Shown: positions 49,183 to 57,746 of the stretch, one piece after another
Layout: each line of letters starts with the position of its first letter
Numbering within the stretch: the stretch's first letter is position 1
Origin: a virus
IMG/VR virus record: IMGVR_UViG_3300028586_000004
Span: 1 to 60,645 of that record
DNA length: 60,645 nucleotides
Reading direction: 5' to 3' (one strand)
Made by a program: the position numbers and the translations under genes
Notes under the pieces: generated by a model
Told to the model about the DNA's origin: nothing
Seen by the model: only the letters and a program-made list of their open reading frames with translations
Database searches by the model: none

Positions 49183-50270
49183 CAGTCGTCCCCCTCGTCC
49201 TCATCAGCCTGCGCCGCGGGGCTCAGGGTGACGCTGATCTTCTCCCCGTCGCCGTCCTCCCGGACCTTGACCGTGCTCAGCTTCTCCATTTGCGAGAAGG
49301 TCCGCACCGGGTGGGCGATGCGCAGCGGCATGTGGACGCCGGGGACGAGGTGCTCCATCCGCAGGGTCTCGTTCAGCACGAGCTGCGTGTTGTCTGGGAT
49401 CCGCAGCATCACGGGAGCCGGGTTGCGGCCTCGCAGGTTGCGCTCCGACTGCGACTGCAGCTCCTTCTGAGACGGGCGCTCCTCATCGCTGTCCTCGTCG
49501 TAGGCAGTGAACAGCGTCTCGATCTCGCCGTAGAACGGGTCCACGCCGCCCGAGATGCCATACACCCCCTTACCGTCCGTACTCGCCGCGATGGTGGTGA
49601 GCTCGGCGCCGTACTCGGTCAGCCGAGGCTCGCCCAGGAAGTCGGTCCGCACCAGCGTGCGCGTCTGGCCGATCGAGCGGGATGTGTCCCAGATGATGAT
49701 CGAGCGGCCGACCGTGGTGTAGTCGATGCCCTGCTTCGCTGCCGAGTTGTCCAGGTGCTCCCAGACGTTGAGCTCGTACTTCTCGGTGACCATCGCGGTC
49801 TTCGCGTCGGTGTCGGGGTGGTCGTAGGTGCGCAGATGGGGCACTACGTTGACGCCGGGCGCGATGGCTTCCTTGCGCGCGAGCTCGGCGCGGATGATGC
49901 GCGCCATGCGCTTGATGACCGTCTCGACGTTCGGGTGCGCCGAGCTGTACTTCGCACGCATGATCGTCTTGTACAAGTACCACGTCACGTCCTGGCAGCT
50001 GATCTCCATGCCGTCGCCCTCGTAGGCGATGTTGGTGATCGGGCCCTCCCATACGCGCTCGCCGTTGCGGAAGACGACGATCTCGTGTCGACCCGTCGAG
50101 AGCAGGCCCAGCAGCTTCGCCTGCGGCGCCGCATCCGCGATCTTGATCTCGCAGGTGCTGCGGTCGTCACGAACGCGAGACCAGTCCACAGAGACCAGGC
50201 TCGTGATCTCGTCGATGCGGCGCTGGCCTCCGCGGTCGTACGCGAAGACGCGGTTCGTGGTCAGGGTCAC
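49182..50270 (-). CDS. minor tail protein (362 aa)
   Basis: Second gene after the tape measure; acidic C-terminus. Confidence 0.55.
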   Translation of the reverse strand: MTLTTNRVFAYDRGGQRRIDEITSLVSVDWSRVRDDRSTCEIKIADAAPQAKLLGLLSTGRHEIVVFRNGERVWEGPITNIAYEGDGMEISCQDVTWYLYKTIMRAKYSSAHPNVETVIKRMARIIRAELARKEAIAPGVNVVPHLRTYDHPDTDAKTAMVTEKYELNVWEHLDNSAAKQGIDYTTVGRSIIIWDTSRSIGQTRTLVRTDFLGEPRLTEYGAELTTIAASTDGKGVYGISGGVDPFYGEIETLFTAYDEDSDEERPSQKELQSQSERNLRGRNPAPVMLRIPDNTQLVLNETLRMEHLVPGVHMPLRIAHPVRTFSQMEKLSTVKVREDGDGEKISVTLSPAAQADEDEGDD

Positions 50271-50271
50271 G

Positions 50272-52998
50272 TCACGCCTCCCTCGTCGACAGCCAGAGAT
50301 CCATCCGCGCGAGCGGCGGCACCGTGCCGTCCGCGTTGCGCCCGATGTCGACTGCGATGAGGTGGGGGATCCCGCAGGAGAGCTCGGGCCACGTCATCGG
50401 CTCCCCGCCCGTGCCGTAGAGCACGTGGTTCGCCGACGTCGGCGCCTTGCCGTCCACCATGACCGATGCGTAGTGCGAGCGCGAGTCGATCGCGATGCGG
50501 GTCTTCGCCGGCAAGTAGGAGATCACGAACTCCGAGCACCACGAGCACGGGTCGATGCGGCTGCCGTCGTAGCCGAACGGGTTTGGGAAGATGCGGACGC
50601 GCACGTTCCTCACGGGCCCGGCTCCCGTGGTGTCGAGCCACAGGACCGGCATCGTCTTCGCCCAGCCGGCGACCTCGTTCGCCGGCACCGAGATCCACCG
50701 GCGCTCCCAGGACTCAGGCACCTGGAAGCCGCAGGACTCCAGGATCGACGGCGGTCGGGGTGGCGCCAGCAAGGGCGCACAGAACGGGTCCTGCAGGACG
50801 GACTCCACGGGGGTGCTGCCGCAGTTGGTCTCCTGGTCGTTGATGACGGTGGGGACGATCTCCCCCAGGTCAGGCACGTCCATGTCGATGAGCGACGTGA
50901 AGCTGTACGGGTTCTCCGCCACCAGCAGGAACTCGACCTCGATCAGCGCGACGTCGCAGCCGGCCAGCTTCACGCGACGCGTCTCGCGCGGGCCCTCGAT
51001 GCAGCGCACGTCGTGCATGGTGCGCACGTACCGCTCGATGCAGGCAGTCGGGTCAAGCGGCTCGAACTGGAAGGACGAGAAGTTGCCAGGCGGCAGGACC
51101 CCTTCGGTGACGCGCAGGAACGGGCGCCACTCCGAGTCCTCGAAGCTGGTCGTGAACACCTCGCTGTTCCAGAACGACATGCGAGAAGGCGAGTCGTGGA
51201 CCTTGCCGAGCCAGCTGATGTTGTAGGCCACGCGCTCGCTCGACCCGTCGAAGTAGCCGTAGTAGGCGGCGGCGGTCTCCAGCGACGCGTGGTCGATGTC
51301 GAAGGTGGCGTTCGCGAGCACGGAGATGCGCGCGCTGCGTGCGTCCGCAGCCGTGATGACGTAGGGAGCCCACTGGTCCGTGAGAGGGATGTCGCGCACC
51401 GTGGTGGATCCGATGTCGCTCTCGAGCACCATCGTCGCCTTGGCGTTCGGAATCGCAGAGCGCAGCCATACGGCGCCGACGGCGTTCCCCACAGGGGTGT
51501 CCGTGCGGTCGGAGCGGATCATCGCGATCGTCGACTGGCCGAACACGCCGAACGCCCCCTGGTAGGGGTCTCCGTTGATCCACGCGTAGGACCACTCGTT
51601 GACGAGCTCCCCCTGGATCCCGCCGCCGTACGGGCCCTCGCCGAACGGAAGCGAGCCGTAGCCGCGCGAGTACGCCTGCGTCTGCCCGGTGAAGAACGCG
51701 CCCTTCTCGCTGCCCACCTCTGCCAGGAAGCCGTCAGCCGCGACGTATCCGCCGACGGTGTCGGGTGTCGCCTCGATGCGGACCGTCGCGCCCTGCTGCA
51801 GCGTGCCGGTGAGCACGACCTCGAACCACCCGCTCCCCGAGGTGGGGAGAGTGGCGACACCCGTTCGGCGGCCGTCCGGGTTCGTCAGCGTCACCTCCAC
51901 GTTCGACAGGCGCGGCGCCAGGCGGAAGGAGACGGTCCCCTGCTGCGGCCCCGCCACGGGCCCCCGCAGGGTGTTCTGGATGTAGACCCGCGGCTGCGTC
52001 TCGCTCGCGCGCGCAGCCGCGACCTGGCCGCCTGTGGGGCTGGTCGGATCCGCGCGGTACTCGACGCCGCCGGCCGTGCTGTCGGTCTCCCAGCCGGCGG
52101 CCTGCGGGTCGAAGTTCATGTTCCCGTCGGGGAAGTAGTTGAACCGGCGGATGGGCGCGTTGTGCTGGCGCACCTGCAGGTACTCTCGCTCGTCCACGCC
52201 ACCCGAAGTCCGAACGACGAGGTCCGCATCGGCCGCTGTCCAGCGGAGCGCCCCCCTCTTGAACGTGGGGTTCGGGAGGTAGTTGGTCCGCTGCAGCAGG
52301 ATGGGGCCCGACTTGTCGCGCACGCCGGGCCCGTTGAGCTCGAGCGCACCCCACTCCACGATGGTGCCGTCGCGGAACGGGAAGTTCCACACGGCGGTCG
52401 CCGGCCCGATCGTGCGCGGCAGGCGGAACGACAGGGGCGAGTTCGACGGAGTCACGTCGCGGTACTGCTGGTAGGAGGACACCTGCCGCTCGGGGTCGAT
52501 CGCAGTCGAGCAGACGCGCGGCGGCGAGACGAAGTATTCGAGGTCCGACGTGCCACATGCGCCGTCGTGCTGGCCGCAGCCGCCAGAGCGCAGCGCGGCC
52601 GTCAGCCAGGAGCGGCCGACCTCCAGGGCCGCCTCGTCGTGGCCCACGAGCAGCGCCTTGACGCGGATCTCCTTCGTGGCCTCACGCGGCTCGGAGACCA
52701 TGCCGCCGTCGGCCATCGTCTCGGTCACGGACGCCGTCCTGGTCGAGTCCCGGACGCCCTGGATGTCCAGCGGGTAGGCACCGTAGAAGCCGAGGCTCGC
52801 GAGGTTCTGCTCATCCACCCACGGCGCGTTGTCCATGACGGGCGACTCGTACGGCTCGTCCCGCAGGGCCTCCTGTAGGTCGGCGTCCGCGTGCACGTCA
52901 GTGAAGTTCAGCTGGGGCAGCTGGTGCTTGATGTAGGCCGCCGTGCGCGCGGAGTTGAGGATCTCGTTCCCCGCGAGCCCGAGGTAGCCGTTGAACAT
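50272..52998 (-). CDS. minor tail protein, distal-tail/hub-like (908 aa)
   Basis: First gene after the tape measure. The N-terminus MFNGYLGLAGNEILNSARTAAY is typical of siphophage distal tail proteins (from memory). Confidence 0.6.
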   Translation of the reverse strand: MFNGYLGLAGNEILNSARTAAYIKHQLPQLNFTDVHADADLQEALRDEPYESPVMDNAPWVDEQNLASLGFYGAYPLDIQGVRDSTRTASVTETMADGGMVSEPREATKEIRVKALLVGHDEAALEVGRSWLTAALRSGGCGQHDGACGTSDLEYFVSPPRVCSTAIDPERQVSSYQQYRDVTPSNSPLSFRLPRTIGPATAVWNFPFRDGTIVEWGALELNGPGVRDKSGPILLQRTNYLPNPTFKRGALRWTAADADLVVRTSGGVDEREYLQVRQHNAPIRRFNYFPDGNMNFDPQAAGWETDSTAGGVEYRADPTSPTGGQVAAARASETQPRVYIQNTLRGPVAGPQQGTVSFRLAPRLSNVEVTLTNPDGRRTGVATLPTSGSGWFEVVLTGTLQQGATVRIEATPDTVGGYVAADGFLAEVGSEKGAFFTGQTQAYSRGYGSLPFGEGPYGGGIQGELVNEWSYAWINGDPYQGAFGVFGQSTIAMIRSDRTDTPVGNAVGAVWLRSAIPNAKATMVLESDIGSTTVRDIPLTDQWAPYVITAADARSARISVLANATFDIDHASLETAAAYYGYFDGSSERVAYNISWLGKVHDSPSRMSFWNSEVFTTSFEDSEWRPFLRVTEGVLPPGNFSSFQFEPLDPTACIERYVRTMHDVRCIEGPRETRRVKLAGCDVALIEVEFLLVAENPYSFTSLIDMDVPDLGEIVPTVINDQETNCGSTPVESVLQDPFCAPLLAPPRPPSILESCGFQVPESWERRWISVPANEVAGWAKTMPVLWLDTTGAGPVRNVRVRIFPNPFGYDGSRIDPCSWCSEFVISYLPAKTRIAIDSRSHYASVMVDGKAPTSANHVLYGTGGEPMTWPELSCGIPHLIAVDIGRNADGTVPPLARMDLWLSTREA

Positions 52999-53007
52999 CC
53001 AGGTCTC

Positions 53008-56000
53008 CTATACCGAGCCGCGCGCGAGGGTGTCGAACACCTGAGCGGCCACCGTCTTCGCGTCGCGCGCCTGAGTGTTCACGACGACACTACCCTCCGC
53101 GAACGTGGTGACCTTCTGGGGTCCGCGACTGCCGCCGCCGTCCAGCGGGTTGCCGCCGGAGTTGGGCACGCGCTTGCCCTGCGCGACCGCGGACAGCGCG
53201 CGCACAGCCGGGTCCACCTGCGACAGCGGGCGATCCAGGGGCACGACCGCCTCGGGCCCCGCCTCACCGATGATGCGCGCCTGGGCGCGGTCGAACATGC
53301 CGCCCGTCGCGGTGAAGGGCAGCGCCGGCAGCTTGATGAGGTTGGAGAAGTTGAGCGCCCCGGCAACCTTCGAGGCAATTCCGGAAATGGCTGACATGAT
53401 TCGCGAGGGCAGGTCCTGAAAGAAGCCAACAGCCCGGTCGATGAATCCCTTGACGCCATCAAGAGCGTCCCGGATTCCATCAATCGCCGCGCGAACTTTA
53501 TCCTTCGCGGCATTGACGGCCGCACCGATGGCGTCACGGGCAGCCTGGAACGCCTGCCCCCAGATACCAAGCCCAGCCTTAGAAGTGTCGATCGAGGACT
53601 TAATGAAGCTGATTACCGAAGAAAAGACGTCCTGGATCCCCTTTACCGCTGTGTCAATTACTTCCTTCGGGACCGCCATGCTTGACGCCCAGTCGGCAAA
53701 AGCAGAAATCACGTCTGCAATAACCTGAATCACGTCGCCGACCGCCGGGAGGATTGCCACAATAACGCCGATGATCCCCTCGATGATCGGGGTCAGAATA
53801 GCAATGGCGCCCGGCAGGTTGTCGGCGAACAGCTGCACCAGATCGGTGATTGCCGGCAGCAGGGGGAGCACGGCGTCGATCACCGCGAAGAGCAGCGAGA
53901 CCAGGCTGGGCAGCAGCCCGATCACCCCGGACAGCAGCGCCGCCCCGAACTCGATCAGGGCCTCGACCAGCGGCATCAGCGTCGGGAGCAGCTGGACGAA
54001 GCCGTCAACCAGCTGCAGGATCACGGGCGCCAGGGCGACAACGACGTCGAGGAGGGCGGAGCCGAGGGTGCCGACCAGCTGCTCGAAGGCCGGAAGCAGC
54101 GCCTCGAGCGCCGGCATCAAGATCGCGCCGAGCTGGGAAGCGAGCTCTACGATCGGCGGCAGCAGCAGCACGAAGGCGTCGACGACCGGCTGGATGAACG
54201 GGATCAACGCGGCGAGCACGTCGGCGCCCAGCTGGGTTAGCACCGTGATGAGCGGCATGACCGCCTCGAGCACCTGGGAGATCATCGGCGCCAGCTGCGT
54301 GAAGGCCGAGGACAAGGCGCCCGCGATGATCTCGGCCACCTGGCCGAGGGCCGGGAGGATCGGCTGCAGCGCCTGGCCGAGGTTCAGCAGCAGCTGGGCG
54401 ATCAGGCCGAAGACGTCGAGCTGCACGAGCACGCCGAGGATTTCGCCGAGGATCGGCATGAACTGGGTGAGGTTGTCGAGGAACGCCACGGTCATCGCGA
54501 CCGAGTCGGGAGTGACGAGGCTAGCGAGCGCGGAACCGACGGCGCCGATCAGCGGCATCAGCGCCGACATGATCACCTGGCCGTGCTCGAAGAACTGGAA
54601 CAGTGCCTCCTGCCCCTGGAGGCTGCCTGTCCACGCGTTGAAGTCTCCGACCATCCGGTTGAACGAGTCGGCGAAGAGCTGGACGTAAGGGAGGCTCGCG
54701 AGGAAGACGTTGCCGATGGCCCCGCCGAGGTTCAGGATGCCAGCCCCGAGGGAATCGAGGATCGGCCCCGTGAGGGCCAGGATCCGCTGGATCTCGCTGA
54801 GTGCCTGCGGCGTGGTGAGTCCGGCGGCGAACGCCCCGAAGAACCGGTTCACGCTGCCGGCCACGGTCTCGAGCCCGACGTCGAGGATCGGCAAGAGCTT
54901 GTCCGTCAGGTTGCGGATCGGTCCTTCGAGACCTGCGAACATCCGCCCCTGGATGGTGTCCTGGATCTCGCTGAAACCCTTGCCGAGGTCACGGAGAGCC
55001 GCGGCGGCTGGGCGCGCCGCGGGTGCCACGCTGGAGATGTCGTCGAAGAGGCCCTTGAACCCGGCAACCGCCACTGCGACGCCGATGCCCAGCACGCCCG
55101 CAGCGCCAGCCAGGACGGTCAGCGACGAACCGGCCGCCGAGCCGAGAGCCGCGATCTGGCCGGCCGCCGCCGCGATGGCGGCGATGATCAGCAGGATCTG
55201 CTGGCCCTCCGACAGCGAGCGGCGACCCCCGAAGCTCGGCGGGTTCTTGGCCGCCTTCGCGTTCTGGTCGCCGTACTCCTTGAAGGCCAGCGAAAGCCGG
55301 CGCAGCAGTGGGATGCGCTCGAGCAGGCGCTGGCCGACGCCGCGGTGCTCGACATCGAACTTGCGGTTCATCTCCAGGGCTTCGCCCTGAGCCTTCGCGA
55401 GCGACATCCACGACGTGCGCTCCTTCGCTACCGCGGAGTCGTGGGCCTTCGCGTCCTGCAGTGCACGGCGCTGGATGGCGTGGGCTTCGTTCCATGCGTC
55501 GTTGTACCGCCTCGTCGCGGCGCGCGCCTCGTCGAGCCTCTGCGACTGCTCGAAGTACGCCTCGTTGACCGTGGCGGACCATCGCTTCGTGGCCGCGCGC
55601 TGCTCGTCGAGTCGGCGCGACTGCTCCTGATGTGCGCTGGTCCAGTCCTGGTTGTACCGCTCCTCGGTCTCGCGGAGCTTCTCCGTGGCGGCGCGCTGCG
55701 CATCCAGCACGGCCTGCGCCTTGCGCGCGGCGCCCGTGTACTGCGACAGCGTCGCCGACATGCGCTTGTAGATCTCGGGGTCGAGGTCCCCCTTCATCGA
55801 CGAGAGAGTGCCGCGCAGCTGCACCATCGCCGTGTCGATGTCGCCGGTCTCCCGCACGAAGGCGTCGAGACCACCTTCGGTCCCGAACGCCTTCGTGAGG
55901 ATGTCCGACATCTCGCCGGTGCGCTTCTTGAGCAGCTTGCGCAGCCCGCCCATGAAGGCGTCGCCGCCGTCCTCGCCAGCCTCGGCGAGCTTCGGCTCGA

Positions 56001-56154
56001 TCTCCTTGCCGATCTTCGACAGCTCCGTGCCGAAGCCCTTGTTGAACTCCTTGCCACCCTCGCGCGCCGCCGCGGCGGCGATCTTGCGGACCTGCGCCGG
56101 GAGCTTCTTGCCGTCAGCGTCGACTTCGAGGTTGACTTCACCAACCGTCGTCAT
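53008..56154 (-). CDS. tape measure protein (1048 aa)
   Basis: Longest real ORF. Helical N-terminal part and long hydrophobic Ala/Leu/Gly-rich repeats. Follows the chaperone pair. RBS AGGAGG. Confidence 0.85.
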   Translation of the reverse strand: MTTVGEVNLEVDADGKKLPAQVRKIAAAAAREGGKEFNKGFGTELSKIGKEIEPKLAEAGEDGGDAFMGGLRKLLKKRTGEMSDILTKAFGTEGGLDAFVRETGDIDTAMVQLRGTLSSMKGDLDPEIYKRMSATLSQYTGAARKAQAVLDAQRAATEKLRETEERYNQDWTSAHQEQSRRLDEQRAATKRWSATVNEAYFEQSQRLDEARAATRRYNDAWNEAHAIQRRALQDAKAHDSAVAKERTSWMSLAKAQGEALEMNRKFDVEHRGVGQRLLERIPLLRRLSLAFKEYGDQNAKAAKNPPSFGGRRSLSEGQQILLIIAAIAAAAGQIAALGSAAGSSLTVLAGAAGVLGIGVAVAVAGFKGLFDDISSVAPAARPAAAALRDLGKGFSEIQDTIQGRMFAGLEGPIRNLTDKLLPILDVGLETVAGSVNRFFGAFAAGLTTPQALSEIQRILALTGPILDSLGAGILNLGGAIGNVFLASLPYVQLFADSFNRMVGDFNAWTGSLQGQEALFQFFEHGQVIMSALMPLIGAVGSALASLVTPDSVAMTVAFLDNLTQFMPILGEILGVLVQLDVFGLIAQLLLNLGQALQPILPALGQVAEIIAGALSSAFTQLAPMISQVLEAVMPLITVLTQLGADVLAALIPFIQPVVDAFVLLLPPIVELASQLGAILMPALEALLPAFEQLVGTLGSALLDVVVALAPVILQLVDGFVQLLPTLMPLVEALIEFGAALLSGVIGLLPSLVSLLFAVIDAVLPLLPAITDLVQLFADNLPGAIAILTPIIEGIIGVIVAILPAVGDVIQVIADVISAFADWASSMAVPKEVIDTAVKGIQDVFSSVISFIKSSIDTSKAGLGIWGQAFQAARDAIGAAVNAAKDKVRAAIDGIRDALDGVKGFIDRAVGFFQDLPSRIMSAISGIASKVAGALNFSNLIKLPALPFTATGGMFDRAQARIIGEAGPEAVVPLDRPLSQVDPAVRALSAVAQGKRVPNSGGNPLDGGGSRGPQKVTTFAEGSVVVNTQARDAKTVAAQVFDTLARGSV

Positions 56155-56163
56155 GCACGCCTC

Positions 56164-56783
56164 CTAGGCACTGATGCTCCCCTGCGCTGCTGCGAAGAGG
56201 GCGTTCTCCTCGTCGATCTCCTGCTGGGTGACGGCATCCGGGTCGCGCTGCCCGATCGTCGGGCGGAACAGGTCATCTCGCCACTGGCGAAACTTCGCCT
56301 CGTCGAGTGCTGCCGCCATGCGCTCCGCCGCCCAGTCGTAGATCACGTAGAGGAACCGCTGCGGGTTCAGGTCGAACGGGTCGATCCCTTGCCGGGCGAG
56401 CGACCCGTCGATCTCGCGCCAGTACGTGCTCGCGATGTCGACGAGCCGGCGGACGGCTGCGTAGGGTGGGCGGTCGTCTCCTCGATCGCCCAGGTGACGA
56501 TCTCCATGACCTCCTCGAAGCCGAACTTGTTCGTCCGGTCCGCGACCAGGGCCCAGAGCACCTCGTCGCCGTCATCGAGCATGTGCTGCTTGAGCCACGT
56601 CTTGTAGCCCTTGATGATCTCGATCTGGCTGTCGTTCGCGATCACGACCGCGAGCGAGCTCGAGTCGGGTGGCAGCATCCGCAGCTCGTGGCCGCCGACC
56701 TTGAACTCGAGGACCTGCTCGAGCTCCTTCTTCTGGGCCGTCGCGGTGACCGCGGCGACTCCGAACTCCTTCATGCCTGGCAT
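56164..56783 (-). CDS. tail assembly chaperone long form via -1 frameshift (site unresolved)
   Basis: The frame ending at 56164 is -1 relative to 56367..56783 and open from ~56570. It has no usable start, and it reads as genuine protein from about ..PPYAAVRRLVDIASTYWREIDG. Confidence 0.55.
56367..56783 (-). CDS. tail assembly chaperone short form (138 aa)
   Basis: Lies directly upstream of the tape measure. The C-terminal ~35 aa in this frame are low-complexity. Confidence 0.6.
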   Translation of the reverse strand: MPGMKEFGVAAVTATAQKKELEQVLEFKVGGHELRMLPPDSSSLAVVIANDSQIEIIKGYKTWLKQHMLDDGDEVLWALVADRTNKFGFEEVMEIVTWAIEETTAHPTQPSAGSSTSRARTGARSTGRSPGKGSTRST

Positions 56784-56793
56784 GTCGATCTCC

Positions 56794-57213
56794 TTACACC
56801 CTGTCCGGGATGAAGGCCACCCCGTAGGTAGACAGTACCGTGATGGACGCCTGCGCGAGCCAGGGCTGGTCCTTCTGGCCTCGAACCGAGCGCGGGAACG
56901 TGAGGTAGCCGTGGTAGCCCATGAACCGCATGCGCCCGCCCGATGGGGTGGTGATGGGGCCGTCCGTGCCCTCGTGGACCCAGGTGGCGTGGCGCGCGTC
57001 GTTCGTGATCAGGCCCTGCGCGTGGAACGCCCCGATCGGCAGGATGTTCATCTTGTGGCTGCGCTTGAGCTCGCCGGTGGCACCCAGTGGCGCGAGCACG
57101 ATCGCCAGGTCGCGGATCTCACGCGTCACCTTCTTCGTGAAGTCCCACACGTCGCCGCCGGGCACGAACTCCGAGGCGATGCGGGAGTCATAGACGCGGT
57201 ACCTGGCGGCCAC
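56794..57213 (-). CDS. HK97 gp10-like head-tail/tail-completion protein (139 aa)
   Basis: GTG 57213 (TAGTG overlap). Motifs REIRDLAIVLAPLGATGELKRS and ATWVHEGT..QPWLAQA. Confidence 0.55.
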   Translation of the reverse strand: MAARYRVYDSRIASEFVPGGDVWDFTKKVTREIRDLAIVLAPLGATGELKRSHKMNILPIGAFHAQGLITNDARHATWVHEGTDGPITTPSGGRMRFMGYHGYLTFPRSVRGQKDQPWLAQASITVLSTYGVAFIPDRV

Positions 57214-57746
57214 TAGAAGTCGACCTCGCCGAGCGCGAAGCGGGCCTGCCACGCGCCGCCCGTGAGGCCGCCGGCGGGGCCCACGGGGAAGTACGATCCC
57301 AGCGCCTTGTCCAAGCCCTCGATGCACGTGATGGCGCGCCGAAGCGCCGCCATGTAGGCCATCTGCTCGCGCGCCGTCTCGCGCCAGTCGGCGGACGCCA
57401 CCTGGCTCTCGCCGTCGGCGCCGACGATCGGACTGCAGAAGACCGCTCCGACCTCCAGGTTGACCATGAAGTCACTCCCGCATGCCACGGCGCTCGGGTC
57501 GGGGTTGGGGAAGTCGCGCGTCGGCGACGAGTCGACCAGGCGGATCCACGCCATCCGCTGGCACTCGTCCCCCTCGGGATCGGGCATGACCACCACGGCG
57601 CCAGGGATGATCCGTACGCCCTCAGCCGGCAGGAGGACGGCGTCGGCCAGCTGGCGCTCCACCTCGCCTGCCACCAGGACCATGATGCGCCAGCCGACCT
57701 CGTCTTCCATGTAGTCCGGCAGGTTCACGAGATGCTCCCCAGCCAC
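57213..57746 (-). CDS. connector-type virion protein (177 aa)
   Basis: ORF track. GTG 57746 overlaps the upstream gene by 22 nt; ATG 57710 is an alternative start. Confidence 0.45.
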   Translation of the reverse strand: MAGEHLVNLPDYMEDEVGWRIMVLVAGEVERQLADAVLLPAEGVRIIPGAVVVMPDPEGDECQRMAWIRLVDSSPTRDFPNPDPSAVACGSDFMVNLEVGAVFCSPIVGADGESQVASADWRETAREQMAYMAALRRAITCIEGLDKALGSYFPVGPAGGLTGGAWQARFALGEVDF

